64,000 nucleotides of DNA from Marsupella aquatica (lineage: Eukaryota > Plantae > Marchantiophyta): NCBI GenBank assembly GCA_973895155.1, contig OZ316897.1, positions 19,533,224 to 19,597,223 of the forward strand, read 5' to 3'. This document shows positions 23,695-35,052 of this stretch, piece by piece (position 1 is the first letter of the stretch; every line of letters starts with the position of its first letter). Below the pieces are notes generated by a model. The model did not search any database, was not told where the DNA came from, and was given only the letters and a program-made list of their open reading frames with translations. Both the position numbers and the translations under genes were made by a program.

Positions 23695-26600
23695 TTATTC
23701 CTGATTAAAGTACCTTTTCAACCTATCATGATGCACTCTAGTAGGGAACACCTCTCCTTCAAGAGTAGCAAGCTGAATTGACCCATTAGCATAAACCTGG
23801 TGAACAACATAAGGACCCAACCACCGAGTATGCAACTTGCCTGGAAAATGAGCATACCTACTGTCATAGAGTAATACCAGTTGTCCAGCAAGTAAAGAAG
23901 TTGGCTTCTTCAACTTCTTGTCATGATGTTGCTTCACTTGAGCTTGCTTCTTCTTCACTTGCTTGCTTGCCTCTTCCCGGATTTCCTCCAACTCCTCCAG
24001 CTGGTAAGCTCTCTCCATTAAACTCTGGTCAGCCTCCATTCTCTCCTCCACACTTACCCTCAAAGTAGGCACTTCAAACTCAACAGGTACAAGGGAGTGT
24101 TGTCCAAATACTAGGTAGAAAGGACTATGGCCGGTTGTGGTCTTGAAAGCAAGGTTGTAGGAGTACACAGCTGAGTATAATTTGTCATCCCAATCAGTCT
24201 TGTGTGCCGCCACGGTTTTGTTCAAGATCTTGCCAATGATGCCATTAGCTCTCTCCGTTAATCCATTGGCCTTGGGGTGATAGGGGGTGGTCTTCCTATG
24301 CTTAATCAAGTAATGGTTAGTGAGCTCCTCCACAACTTCATTCAAGAAGTGAGTCCCCCTATCACTAACCAGCTCTAGAGGTGGCCCAAATCTGGTAAAA
24401 ATCTGTTGATACATGAACCTTGCTACTGTGAGAGCATTATCCTTGCTGGTTGGTCTTGCCTCTACCCACTTAGTAGCATAATCAGTTGCAAGAAGGATGT
24501 ATCGATTCCTTCTAGACCTGGTCACAGGAGTGATGGGACCTATGAAATCTATACCCCACTTCTCAAAAGGTGCAAGAGGTAAGATGGTGGTAAGAGGGTG
24601 ATGCCTTGAGTGAGCTGGCTTACCTGTCCTTTGGCAAGGGTCACATCCCCTCACAAAAAGACTTACATCCTTATGAAGTGTTGGCCACCAATACCCTGCA
24701 TCAAGAATTTTCCTTGCTGTTGTTGCACTTGCATAATGGCCACCAGCCTCCTCCTCATGCATAGCTCTCATCACAATGGAGATTTCCTTCTTCTCCAAAC
24801 ACCTCCTTAGTCTCCCATCAACTCCTTCCTTGTGAAGGACACCCTTCACCAATAAGTAAGGTCTGATTTTTCTCAGGAAAACAGCAGCCTCCTCTTGGTT
24901 CAAATCTCTTGGTAGCCGGGTTGTGAGAAGAAATTGGATGATATCCAAATACCATGTATCTCCTCCACTTCCCACATGAAAGAGGTCTTCATCTGGAAAC
25001 TGATCATCCACCTCCTTCAAGTCCTCTTCTCCTTCAATCCTTGAGAAGAAGTCTGCATTCCCATGCTTCTTACCAGGCCTGACCCTCACCTCATAATCAA
25101 ACTCTTGGAGCAACAAGATCCACCTTGCCACTCTACCAGTTACATCAGGTTTATTCACCATATACTTGAGAGCATTGTGATCAGTATGAAAGACCACCTT
25201 ATAGCCCAACAAGTAGTGCCTAAACTTCTTACAAGAGTAGATGATTCCTAGAGCTTCTCTATCGGTTGGTGAGTAATTCTTTTCAGCTGGTGCCAATAGT
25301 CTACTTGCAAAGTAGATAGGGTGATCCCTATTCTGGTCATCAAGTTGACTAAGCACCACACCAATACAAAAGCCAGACACATCCACATACACATGAAATT
25401 CTCTACTCCAATCTGGTGCTATCAAGATAGGGGCTTCAACCAACCTGTTCTTCAACTCCTGAAAACTTGCTAGCCTCTCAACTGAGGGTTCAACCTCAGC
25501 CCCCTTCTTAAGCATGCTGGTTAGGGGTAAAGCTACTTTAGCAAAGTCCTTAATGAACCTTCTATAGTAGTTTAAACATCCCAAGAATCCCCTCAACTCT
25601 GTCACTGAAGTTGGAAACTTGACAGCCATCCAAACAGCAACCTTCTCTTGGTCCACTTCTATGCCCTTCTTGGATACCTTGTGGCCAAGTAGTATCCCTT
25701 CTTCCACACCAAAGAAGCACTTCCCTGGGTGAAGCTTCAAACCAACTTCCCTACATCTTTGGAAGGTCATCCTCAAATGTTCAACATGGTCCTTCCCCCT
25801 TCCAAAAACAGCAAAGTCATCTATGAATACTTCCAAGAACTTTCTCAAGTAGTCATGAAAGATATTCATCATCAACCTTTGGAACATACCAGGGGCATTA
25901 CAAAGACCAAAAGGCATCCTCCGAAAGGCATAAATCCCCCACTCAGTAGTAAAGGCTGTCTTCAACTGGTCCTCCTTCCTTATCCAAATCTGGTTGTAAC
26001 CTGAGTACCCATCTAGGAAGCTATACACTTCCCAACCAGCTACTAAATCAAGTACCATATCAGTAAATGGAATGGGATAGTGGTCCTTCTTAGTGGCCTC
26101 ATTGAGTTTCCTAAAGTCTTGGCAAACTCGGATCTTAGGCTTACCATCCAAGCCTGGTTTCTTTGGTACTATGACAATTGGAGAAACCCACTCACTATTC
26201 AACACAGGATAGATGAAACCTGCTTCCAGCAATTTGTCTATCTCTTCCTTCACCATCAAGGAGTACTTGGGATTCATCCGATATTGCCTTTGTCTCACAG
26301 GTGAAGCTCCTAGCATCAAGTCGATTCTATGCTCACCAAGTTCAGGGTTTACACCAGTAAGATCCAAGTGACTCCAAGCAAACACATCCACATATTCACC
26401 TAGCAAATCTTGGATAGTTTTCTCTTCACCTGATCCCAGGGCATTTCCCAAGTTGAAGGTCTTGTCTTGCTGGACAGAGATGGTTCTGTACTGCTCAGCT
26501 CGAATCACCTCCATCTTGTTCCTCATTGTGGAGTCAAAAGTGCCCTCAAGTTGTGCCAACCTCATGCCTCCATAGACGGGTGCATTTTCAGCACTTAACT

Positions 26601-29600
26601 CCTCCTTCTCCTTGCTTGAATGCTGGTCTTCCTGAGTCTCATCCTCCTCTGAGTTTGCAGCCTTCAATTGGTCCTCTAGCTCCTTTATCTTGAGCTTTAA
26701 CAAGGCTAAGTGCTTAGCCTTTAAACTCTGGTCATTACTCCTTGTCTTGATCTCAACTTGGGCAGCACCCTTGCTGGTCTGATCAACCTCCTGAGCCATT
26801 GTGATAGTGTCTTCTTGGTTGCTCTCCTTGGCTGAGGTCTCAGCCTGCTTCACCTCCTCGAGACTGGTCACTTCACTGAGACTGGGCAGAGGTGAATGGC
26901 TGGTAAGAGCCTCCTGCTCTTGCTCCTCTCCAAACACTTCTTCTTCAGTCCATTGGCTCACCATGTTCAACATGTATACCTCATCCTCATCAGATTCAGA
27001 TTTGGTACTCAACTCATCGGAAAGTTCAGAATCATATTCATCCAACTCATCAGTAGTCTCTCCTTGATGCTTGTCATGACCCCATGAAACTGAAGTGGCT
27101 GGTTTGCCAAACCTAAACTCCTTCTTGCCCCAATCAGACACTACTTTGGCTCCATATAGCCAAGGCCTCCCAATCAAGATTGGGTAAGTAGATGGCCTTG
27201 CTGGTCTCATCACCAAGTAATTCAACAAGAACTCCTGCCCCCCAATGAGAGTAGGTACTTGAGTAAGAGTCCCCACCGGTAGCACTCTTGCTCCATTTGC
27301 TAGCCTCATTGTCCTTGCTGTTGGCTGAAGTTTCTTGAAACCTAGTTGTTGGGCAGTAGCCTCAATCATGATATTCACACCTGAGCCTCCATCAACTGGT
27401 ACATACGAGAGTACACACCCATTTACTTGAACATCAATCTCAGGTGCTCCAAGGTCTTCACAAACCATCATCACATCAGCTGGGGTACCAACCTTTGGAA
27501 GCTTCCTTCTTCTCCTTCCTACCAACATCTCCTTCAGTTGCCTCCTATACAAAGGGTTGTCTTTGATCAGCTGCCCCACTGTAGCAGTAACCAAACAATC
27601 TTTCACATCCTTCTTGATGTCATAAGAGGGTACCTTGCTGGTCTCTTTCTTCTCTTCCACCTCAGCTTTTTCCTTCAAAGCTTTAGCAACCTTCAGGTCT
27701 TTGTTGATGGCCTCTTGATGCTCCTTAGCCTCCATCTCCTCTAGTTGCCTCTTGACTTCCTCATTCACCTTGGGATAGAAGAGCTTCGGATGGTCTCTCT
27801 TGTAGTCACTATCTTCAGCTGGTGGGACTTGAACTTCTGCTCCAACTTCAACTTCGATTGGTGACTCCGTTGAGTGCTCCTTTCTCTCCTTCCTCTTCTT
27901 CCTCTCTTCCACTCTTTCCTTCTTTCTTGTGGACCTGGTAGACACCTTGTAACACACAGCTTCCTCCTCAGGTGTCTCCATTCCTGGTAGATCTGGCTGG
28001 TTCTCCCCACCAGCAACTTGTGTCACTCCATCTTTGGCCTCCTCTTGCCACTCCATACTCAAGAAGTTCACTGTGGCTTCACCGGGAGCTTTGGCAACCG
28101 CTGGTGGTGGTGCTTCTATCCTTCCTATCATCATCTTGGCAGCAGATCCAATAGGACAGTTGGCTGTGGTATGACCCTCCCTTTTGCACACAGCACAAAG
28201 AGGATAGGGAGCTCCTTGTCCCTGCCTCCTTGGTTCGGGGCAACTGTTGGAATAGTGCCCTGGTTTTTGACAGTTCCAGCAGATCACCACGGTAGTTCTT
28301 GCCACTCCCCCAGGTCCTTGAGGTCCCATTTGATCCACCATCCTTGGTTGAAGACCAGGCATCAGTTGAGGTGCCATGGGTGGAGCTGGTCTTCCTTGCA
28401 AAGTTCTTGGGCCTCCTGAAATCTGGTACACCATCTCCGGGGCTTCTTCATAGAAGTAGTCCACCACTTCACTTGCTTGATAAACATCGTTGGACTCTTC
28501 ATTGACATACTGAACTTGATTCCTCCAACCTTGACACTCTTGAGGTGTATGGCCAAAACTCTTGCACTTGACACACCATACATGGGCTCTATTCACCGGC
28601 ACTTTTCTCCTATCAGGTTGCACACCAGCAAAGTGAACTGATAGGGCCTTGAGTTGGTTGGTGATCTCACTCATCTTGTTATCCATCACCTTCTTCTCCT
28701 TGGTTGCTGGTGTAGAACCTTCCACCAAGTTGAAGGTTGCAGATTTGTGGTGCTTACCACCTGGCTTCTTCTTGCTGGCTCTCCTCTTCTGGTCGCTTTT
28801 TCTCTTTGCCTTCTTCTTCTTCTTCTTCTTCTCGGAGTCCTCCTCAGAATCAGATTCTGAATCAGAACTGGAACTACTCTCCTCAGATTCCGACTCAGAA
28901 GTATCCTCAACTGAACTACTTGATTCACTTGAGCTAGAAGAAGAATCACTATAAGCAAATCGCTTCTTCTTTCTCCTACTCTTGGAACTAGAGATCTCAG
29001 CACTCCTATAAGACTGAGCCGCCTCAATGGCCTCATCCAACGTATTAGGGTGAGATTGCCTTACTGAGACACCCATCTTCCTGGGTAGGCTTGCCACAAA
29101 CCAAGCCAACAACATGGAGTCTACTGGTCTGGGGTCAAGCTTGGTAGCTAACCTTTGAAACCTTTGCAGAAACCTCCTTACTGACTCCTTGGATCCCATT
29201 CTGATCTCTCCCATCTTGATCAGAGCTTCCGATTCTTCTCCCACCTTCCTAAACTCCTGCAAGAATGCTAGCTTGAAGGCATCCCAATCATTCTTGATGG
29301 CATTTGATAGGCTATTGAACCAAGGTCTTGCTTCTCCTCTCAAGACCCCCGCCAAAGTGGTCAACTTAATATCAAACTCTCCATTGGCTTGGGCTGTCCC
29401 AATGAAGTCCTCCAACCAAGCATCAGGATCCTCCTTGGGCTTGCCATGGAATGTCTTGTACTGAAATCTTGCTCTTTGAGTCACCACCATGGCTGCTTCT
29501 TGATCTTCACTTGTGTTGGTAGTGGAAGAAGATGTATCACTCCACCCTACACCAGGTTCCGCTTCAGCTTGCAAATGAATGTCCACCCAATCTGGTTGCT

Positions 29601-29667
29601 CCAACTGGTCACCAAAGTTGAAACTAAGAGAGGCTTCTTTTAGTGCTTGACTCCTTGTAGTGGGCAT
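23695..29667 (-). CDS. gag-pol: Gypsy-3 Gag-Pol polyprotein (~1990 aa from the first ATG)
   Basis: Gag FHGKPKEDP, three CCHC knuckles, protease VDGGSGVNIM, RT FIDD, RH, integrase with GPY; no stops. Confidence 0.96.
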   Translation of the reverse strand: MPTTRSQALKEASLSFNFGDQLEQPDWVDIHLQAEAEPGVGWSDTSSSTTNTSEDQEAAMVVTQRARFQYKTFHGKPKEDPDAWLEDFIGTAQANGEFDIKLTTLAGVLRGEARPWFNSLSNAIKNDWDAFKLAFLQEFRKVGEESEALIKMGEIRMGSKESVRRFLQRFQRLATKLDPRPVDSMLLAWFVASLPRKMGVSVRQSHPNTLDEAIEAAQSYRSAEISSSKSRRKKKRFAYSDSSSSSSESSSSVEDTSESESEESSSSSDSESDSEEDSEKKKKKKKAKRKSDQKRRASKKKPGGKHHKSATFNLVEGSTPATKEKKVMDNKMSEITNQLKALSVHFAGVQPDRRKVPVNRAHVWCVKCKSFGHTPQECQGWRNQVQYVNEESNDVYQASEVVDYFYEEAPEMVYQISGGPRTLQGRPAPPMAPQLMPGLQPRMVDQMGPQGPGGVARTTVVICWNCQKPGHYSNSCPEPRRQGQGAPYPLCAVCKREGHTTANCPIGSAAKMMIGRIEAPPPAVAKAPGEATVNFLSMEWQEEAKDGVTQVAGGENQPDLPGMETPEEEAVCYKVSTRSTRKKERVEERKKRKERKEHSTESPIEVEVGAEVQVPPAEDSDYKRDHPKLFYPKVNEEVKRQLEEMEAKEHQEAINKDLKVAKALKEKAEVEEKKETSKVPSYDIKKDVKDCLVTATVGQLIKDNPLYRRQLKEMLVGRRRRKLPKVGTPADVMMVCEDLGAPEIDVQVNGCVLSYVPVDGGSGVNIMIEATAQQLGFKKLQPTARTMRLANGARVLPVGTLTQVPTLIGGQEFLLNYLVMRPARPSTYPILIGRPWLYGAKVVSDWGKKEFRFGKPATSVSWGHDKHQGETTDELDEYDSELSDELSTKSESDEDEVYMLNMVSQWTEEEVFGEEQEQEALTSHSPLPSLSEVTSLEEVKQAETSAKESNQEDTITMAQEVDQTSKGAAQVEIKTRSNDQSLKAKHLALLKLKIKELEDQLKAANSEEDETQEDQHSSKEKEELSAENAPVYGGMRLAQLEGTFDSTMRNKMEVIRAEQYRTISVQQDKTFNLGNALGSGEEKTIQDLLGEYVDVFAWSHLDLTGVNPELGEHRIDLMLGASPVRQRQYRMNPKYSLMVKEEIDKLLEAGFIYPVLNSEWVSPIVIVPKKPGLDGKPKIRVCQDFRKLNEATKKDHYPIPFTDMVLDLVAGWEVYSFLDGYSGYNQIWIRKEDQLKTAFTTEWGIYAFRRMPFGLCNAPGMFQRLMMNIFHDYLRKFLEVFIDDFAVFGRGKDHVEHLRMTFQRCREVGLKLHPGKCFFGVEEGILLGHKVSKKGIEVDQEKVAVWMAVKFPTSVTELRGFLGCLNYYRRFIKDFAKVALPLTSMLKKGAEVEPSVERLASFQELKNRLVEAPILIAPDWSREFHVYVDVSGFCIGVVLSQLDDQNRDHPIYFASRLLAPAEKNYSPTDREALGIIYSCKKFRHYLLGYKVVFHTDHNALKYMVNKPDVTGRVARWILLLQEFDYEVRVRPGKKHGNADFFSRIEGEEDLKEVDDQFPDEDLFHVGSGGDTWYLDIIQFLLTTRLPRDLNQEEAAVFLRKIRPYLLVKGVLHKEGVDGRLRRCLEKKEISIVMRAMHEEEAGGHYASATTARKILDAGYWWPTLHKDVSLFVRGCDPCQRTGKPAHSRHHPLTTILPLAPFEKWGIDFIGPITPVTRSRRNRYILLATDYATKWVEARPTSKDNALTVARFMYQQIFTRFGPPLELVSDRGTHFLNEVVEELTNHYLIKHRKTTPYHPKANGLTERANGIIGKILNKTVAAHKTDWDDKLYSAVYSYNLAFKTTTGHSPFYLVFGQHSLVPVEFEVPTLRVSVEERMEADQSLMERAYQLEELEEIREEASKQVKKKQAQVKQHHDKKLKKPTSLLAGQLVLLYDSRYAHFPGKLHTRWLGPYVVHQVYANGSIQLATLEGEVFPTRVHHDRLKRYFNQE

Positions 29668-29773
29668 GCCACTCACAATCACCTTCTTATCTCCCTTCTT
29701 CTCTTGAACAGCAAACCTGCAAACACACCTCCAAGTCTTGTGGCTCCACTCCAACAAAAACTGTAAAGAGTTG

Positions 29774-29791
29774 TCCCCGGCAGCGGCGCCA
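29774..29791 (-). other. PBS of Gypsy-3 (tRNA-Asp type)
   Basis: Minus strand TGGCGCCGCTGCCGGGGA, 20 nt from the LTR end. Confidence 0.85.
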
Positions 29792-29811
29792 AAAACAAGG
29801 GTGGGACTCTA

Positions 29812-32800
29812 TGTCAAACACTTGCCAAGGAGCTTAAGCGGCTTTTCTCCCCAAAAGACTACCTAATACCTGCTCCATGTCATACCAGGGTCACAAAGGA
29901 TTGACAAAACTTCTGAAGTGTGCTTACAATGTCCAATCACTCCATACATAAGTAGTTTCAACTCTCCACTTCTAGAGAGGTAGTCCCCTTGACTACTTTT
30001 GTACTCACCCCTTCCCCTCTCCTCTACTCCAAGGATCAGCAAGGGGGATCTCCGCTCCAAGCTGTCACCTTAGAGTAGATTCTCACACAAACACCCAAGA
30101 ACCCCAAAGTACTTTCCTCTTCAAGCTTAAGTCTCCTCAAGACCCTCAAAGTAGTGTTACCCCTCAACCTTGCCCCCCTGGCCTTGGTTTGGGTCCACAC
30201 ATCCCCTTTGAGCCCTAGAGAAGGCTCCTCTATCTAAGGACTCTTCCTCTTGTTCTTACTTCTTGTTAACACCACACACCAAGCAAAGTACTTTCCACCC
30301 TCAAGCTATAATCCTCTCTAAGTCTCAAAGTAATGCTATACCTTAACCTTGCCTCCTTGGCCTTGGTTTTGTACTAGCACATCCCCTTCAAGCTTAGACC
30401 AAGATTATACCATAGCATGGACTCTTCTCTTGCTCTCATATACTTCAAATGCACTCACACTTAATGGTCACAATGAAGATTGGTAAGTCTCCTTTTATTG
30501 CATCACCTTTACAACAAAAGTTCACTACACATTCTCCACACTAAGCATGGACCACCTCTCCTTTCTCAAGCTTAGCCCTACCTTGGCAAGGTAGAGATTT
30601 CACTTAAGAGATGAGACTCCCGGTCCCTAACAAATGAAAACTTCCTCCTTATATACTATCTCCTTCCACATCACACCAAGCTTGACCTGGGGTCCAACTA
30701 TACCTCCCCCAAGTCCTCCTAACACACAAAGTCCAACTCTATAGTTCATAGCCCACCCTACTACTTGCTATTTTGCCTCCTTCCAAGCCCTGGAATATGC
30801 CACACATGAGTGGTATGCTTTGACTTCCAAACCTACTCCCACTTATGGTCCTCCTCACCAGCTTACCAACCCACTTGAAAGCTCGCAAAAAGAGTGAGTG
30901 AGTCTCAAGTTGTGCCTAGTCAAAGTTGACCTTATTTTACTTGTAACCCCTTTACTACCCTAAGTAAACTACCCCCTATATTTACTTTTCTTAACTTGAT
31001 GGCCTTACACCTTTGGCCAAAGGTAAGTACCCTTCTCTAGAGCCTAACTCAAGTGGTATGGGTGCAAGAAAGGTCAGCCCCTAAATCTGGTATTCATTCC
31101 CCTATGCCGACTTTGGTTTGCAAGTTGTCGGGACTCCCTCGTGGCCTCGGTTAAAAATATATTTGAGTGATTACTTTTCTGGGGTTCCACCTTCACCAGG
31201 GGGTGCCTTATCTTCCCCTAACTCAGCACAAAAAAATTTGGGCCCCAACGGATACCTCTAGCCAAAGTTATGCCCATTCTCCCAAGGCCTGTTTTTGGTG
31301 TAAAGCGGGTGTAAGCGGCGGCCCGATTACACTTACCTTACATGCCCCTTATGGGGATTCCACGTGTCATGAGGGGAGAGCACTCTCATTATACTCATGT
31401 TTCTTATGAAGAAATTGTAAGGACAGCAATGTTTGCAGCCATTTCTCTCTCGTGAATTCAATCTAAAACCACAGCATTCTCTATTGGATTCTTTCTTGTG
31501 CAGCAGTCCAGCTGATCAGCCGCCAGCCCCTCAATTTCACAGCCACCATAGCTCACAGCCAGCCTAGTCAATTTCGCAGCTAGCCCACCTCTTCAATTTT
31601 GCCGCTAGCAACACAGTCAATTTCGCAGCTAGCAGCACAGTCACATCAGCGCATTTACAGCACAACAACAGCAGATTTGAAGCACAGCAGCAGCAACCAT
31701 AGCTTGATTCCTTCTCAGTCAAGCAGGTCTCTCTTCTCAATTTCGTAGCTGCCCACCTTTGCAATTTCGCAGCTAGCAGCAGCATCATTCAATTCAGCAG
31801 CATCAAGGCAGCAGCCAGCCAATTCTCATGAGCATCTCGTGCCTGATTAGTAGGAGCACCTCTAATCTAGTGTGCAGCTGTCATAGCAGCAAGCAGCCTT
31901 CCCAATTCAAAGCCAGCAGCGATCCTAATTTGCAGCCATAGCTCTTTTCCTTCTCAGCAGCCATAGCTTCTTCAATCAGCAACAGCCCTTGCTTCTTCAA
32001 TCAGCAGCAGCCATTTCAATTCAGCCGCCCTTCCTTCAATTCAGCCGCCCTTGTGCTCAATTGATTCCTCAAGTAATCATGCAGCACCTTTGGACAGCCT
32101 CCCGGTGCTTGACGTCCTCACCAGCCTCGTGCTTGCTCCTCCTTGCCTCGTGCTCGCCGCGTGATCGCCGCCCACGCGGTTTACACTTAGAAAAAAATAC
32201 ATTTTTTTTTTGGAAAAACAGCATTTTGGGGCGATTTTGGACCCCCCTCCAAAACTCACACATAAGTCCAAAAGGACTTCTGAGTAGCTCCACTGATTCT
32301 ATGGACATAGGACTATGTCCGGGTTTACTAAGATATAAACAAAACCCTATAACAACTTTTCTAAAATTAGGCAAAGAGGGTCAAGTCTTTATGTCTTCCA
32401 AAATTCTTCTCAACTTTGAGATGCTCCCAAAAAGTAACCAAGTGTGACAAAGTTGTCCCACAAGTTTCTAGGGATAGAGGGGACCATACTTAACCCACTT
32501 CCAAACTTGGAACCCCTACATTTACCCATCAGCTATTTTTCCCGGGACCCGCTATTTGGTAACTTTGATTTTTGCCAAAATACTTATAACTCCTAGGTTA
32601 AGACCCCACTTGACTTCATACTTTTTCAGGGTTCCCTAGGGACCTCCCAGCACCCATGGGAGAAATATCAGCCAAAAATAAGATGTCCGGTGTCGGGTCA
32701 TTTTTCGGTCCCGACTTAGTCGCCTATTATAACTAAGGACGGAACTAGTTTCCTGCCCCTCCTATAGTAACTTGCTTACCCCTAGATAACTTTGCATAAC

Positions 32801-32957
32801 TAAAATTCCCTCTTACCTCTACTAAGCTTCCCTTCTTACTTAAGTGCCCTAAACCTAGCTACTCTGATAGCACTAAAACTTTTTCCCTAACTATTTCCTC
32901 TTCTAAACGAAAGAATGTCATGTTTCTCTACACTAGCTGACACTGAGCCATCCCACA
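29812..32957 (-). repeat. Gypsy-3 5' LTR
   Basis: Minus strand TGTGGGA...TTTGACA; TSD GGCAT at 32958-32962 and 20504-20508. Confidence 0.97.
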
Positions 32958-33201
32958 GGCATCACAAAACAATTGCACTTGTCACCTTCAATATTGTGAA
33001 GGCACATATTCAAACTATGAGGTGCATGCTTGCAGGTGTCTAGTACGTTTGTCCCAATATTTCTCCCGTTTGGAATCGGAGCAGAGACTCACCAGACGAC
33101 TGGACTGGACCAAGTTATAAACGCAGCATTTTAAGGGCCCTCCGATTATCAGGTGAACGCATTATCTTCCGGTCTGCAGTGATTAGGTGGCCCGTGTGTA
33201 C

Positions 33202-34050
33202 ATGGCCTCTAGGAAACGTACAAAGGTTGACCACCCGCCTCTGTTGGCTGGAATCAAAGCCATTTTGATTCCTGGCCACTATGGGTTCACCCAAGTGAGT
33301 TGGCCAATCGTACAAAAATGATTCTCAGAGTTCCATGGGACTGAAGTCAAGGACATCACTCCACAGACTACACATGTTGTTGCGGGGACATGGCTGGATG
33401 TGATGAACAAGTGGTCATGGTCCTTCATTGATTCTGCCATTACCACCCAAGGTCTAAAAGTAGTTGAAGTCTCTTGGCTGACCGATTCTGTTAAACATAG
33501 GTGTGTACAGAGTACTGAGCAATATGAGTTGTGGGAGAGTGAGGAGGCCACTGCAGAGGCTTTGGCTGAAAAGGAAGCCTATGAAGCAGCGGCAGAGAAA
33601 CCCAACTTTGCTTCTGTCCAATATGGACCTGTTGTCAACATAGGACACCATCCTATGCGTGCAGATGCTATATTGAATGAGCATGGCAAGGAGAGAAATA
33701 CCATTATGAAGGGGTTCAGTGTGGTATTTGCAGAAGAAGGAATTGGGGAGACTAAGTGCAGACTGTACAAGTCTATAGTTGTTGAGCTAGGTGGGACAGT
33801 GGAGGAGAGTCTAACAGAAACCTCCACTCATGTTGTAGGTCTGTCATACATGAAAATATGCAGAAAATTCTTTAAGACAACAGTGCGTGATTTTGTCATG
33901 AACAACAATCTTTGGGTGCTTTCCCCTGATTGGCTTCTGGAATCAGCAGCTAGAGGGAAGCGACAGAATGCTTGGGACTTTGATATTTTTGAGGCCTGGC
34001 CCTCCAAGATTCAGCGGAGATGTATGCTTAGCAAAGGTGGGAGAGAGTGA
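33202..34050 (+). pseudogene. Tandem-BRCT protein, CACTA cargo, premature TGA at 33319-33321
   Basis: MASRKRTK NLS; two BRCT repeats (TTHVVAG...VVEVSWLTDSV...EQYEL; LGGTVEESLTETSTHVVG...VLSPDWLLESA); ATG 33202 is in frame with ORF 33400. Confidence 0.8.
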
Positions 34051-34190
34051 GGAGTAGGAGTCCCTCATATTTTTGTATAAAACACAATTTTGTAATAAAT
34101 GTGATCCTTGAACTAACTCATCTTGTCATGGTTGGTCGCAGTTGAAGTGATTGTTGTTTCCTGCTGCGTGGGGTGTGACTGTGAATCTAC

Positions 34191-34858
34191 TTGCTGGGCT
34201 CTGTTTGGCTGAAGACTTTGGTGGGTATGCTGCCTCTTCCAGACCGTCAGGCCCTATGTAGGGTCCTCCTACGGGTTGCATCGTGCATGGCTACTGCTTG
34301 GGCTTACTTGTGTGGATTGGTAACCAGACAGAGTGTAGCTCCATCCGAGATAATGCCTGCAGACCTTGGATGTGTTGTGAATGCTGTGGTAAATGAGGAT
34401 GCACAGTCGGAAGAGGACATTTACTTTTCAGCAGATGAGTTAGACAAGCACGATGCTGTAGGTGGTTCCTTGTTGCCTGATTTGGCAGATGATATAGTTC
34501 TTACACATGTCTGGCCGAGGGTTCTTGTGGTGTCTGGCGCACAAGATATCTGCAAATATAGACTAATTAGTACCCAGTGGAGGGACTTGGTAGCAACATG
34601 TGCACCATGGAGGTGTTGAGCATAGACGACGATCGCAACGGCAAGCCCATGAACCATCCAACGCACAATAGTCGACACAAGAGATACGTGGTTCACCTCC
34701 TTGAGGCTACGTCCACGGGAACACACAAGAGAGCTTTACTGAACTCTAAGCCCGTCGGCTATACCGAGTCTCCACAGTGTAAGCTCTCCCTATCTCTCAA
34801 GTGGCTCCATAACAATGAGCCTTGGTTCTACCTCTCCAAGCACACATGCCTCTTATGA
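34191..34858 (+). pseudogene. F-box-motif protein, CACTA cargo, probable frameshift near 34610
   Basis: SLLPDLADDIVLTHVWPRV...YRLISTQWRDLV fits the F-box consensus; overlapping ORF 34577-34858 may be its continuation. Confidence 0.6.
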
Positions 34859-34872
34859 TATAGTGTGCAACT

Positions 34873-35052
34873 TAGTTGTACCTAACCACATAGTTGTACC
34901 TAACCACATAGTTGTACCTAATCACGTAGTTGTACCTAACCACATAGTTGTACCTAATCACGTAGTTGTACCTAACCACATAGTTGTACCTAATCACGTA
35001 GTTGTACCTAACCACGTAGTTGTACCAACCCACGTTGTTGTACCAACCACGT
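34873..35052. repeat. 18-bp minisatellite, ~10 copies
   Basis: TAGTTGTACCTAA(C/T)CAC(A/G) head-to-tail with no spacers. Confidence 0.95.

Larger units (their letters stand above)
20509..32957 (-). mobile_element. Gypsy-3: intact, very young Athila-like Ty3/gypsy element
   Basis: 3146-bp LTRs (only 2 differences noticed), TSD GGCAT, tRNA-Asp-type PBS, PPT, uninterrupted gag-pol. Confidence 0.97.

Noticed and set aside
29774-29791. tRNA gene
   Set aside because: Only an 18-nt complement of a tRNA 3' end (PBS); no cloverleaf
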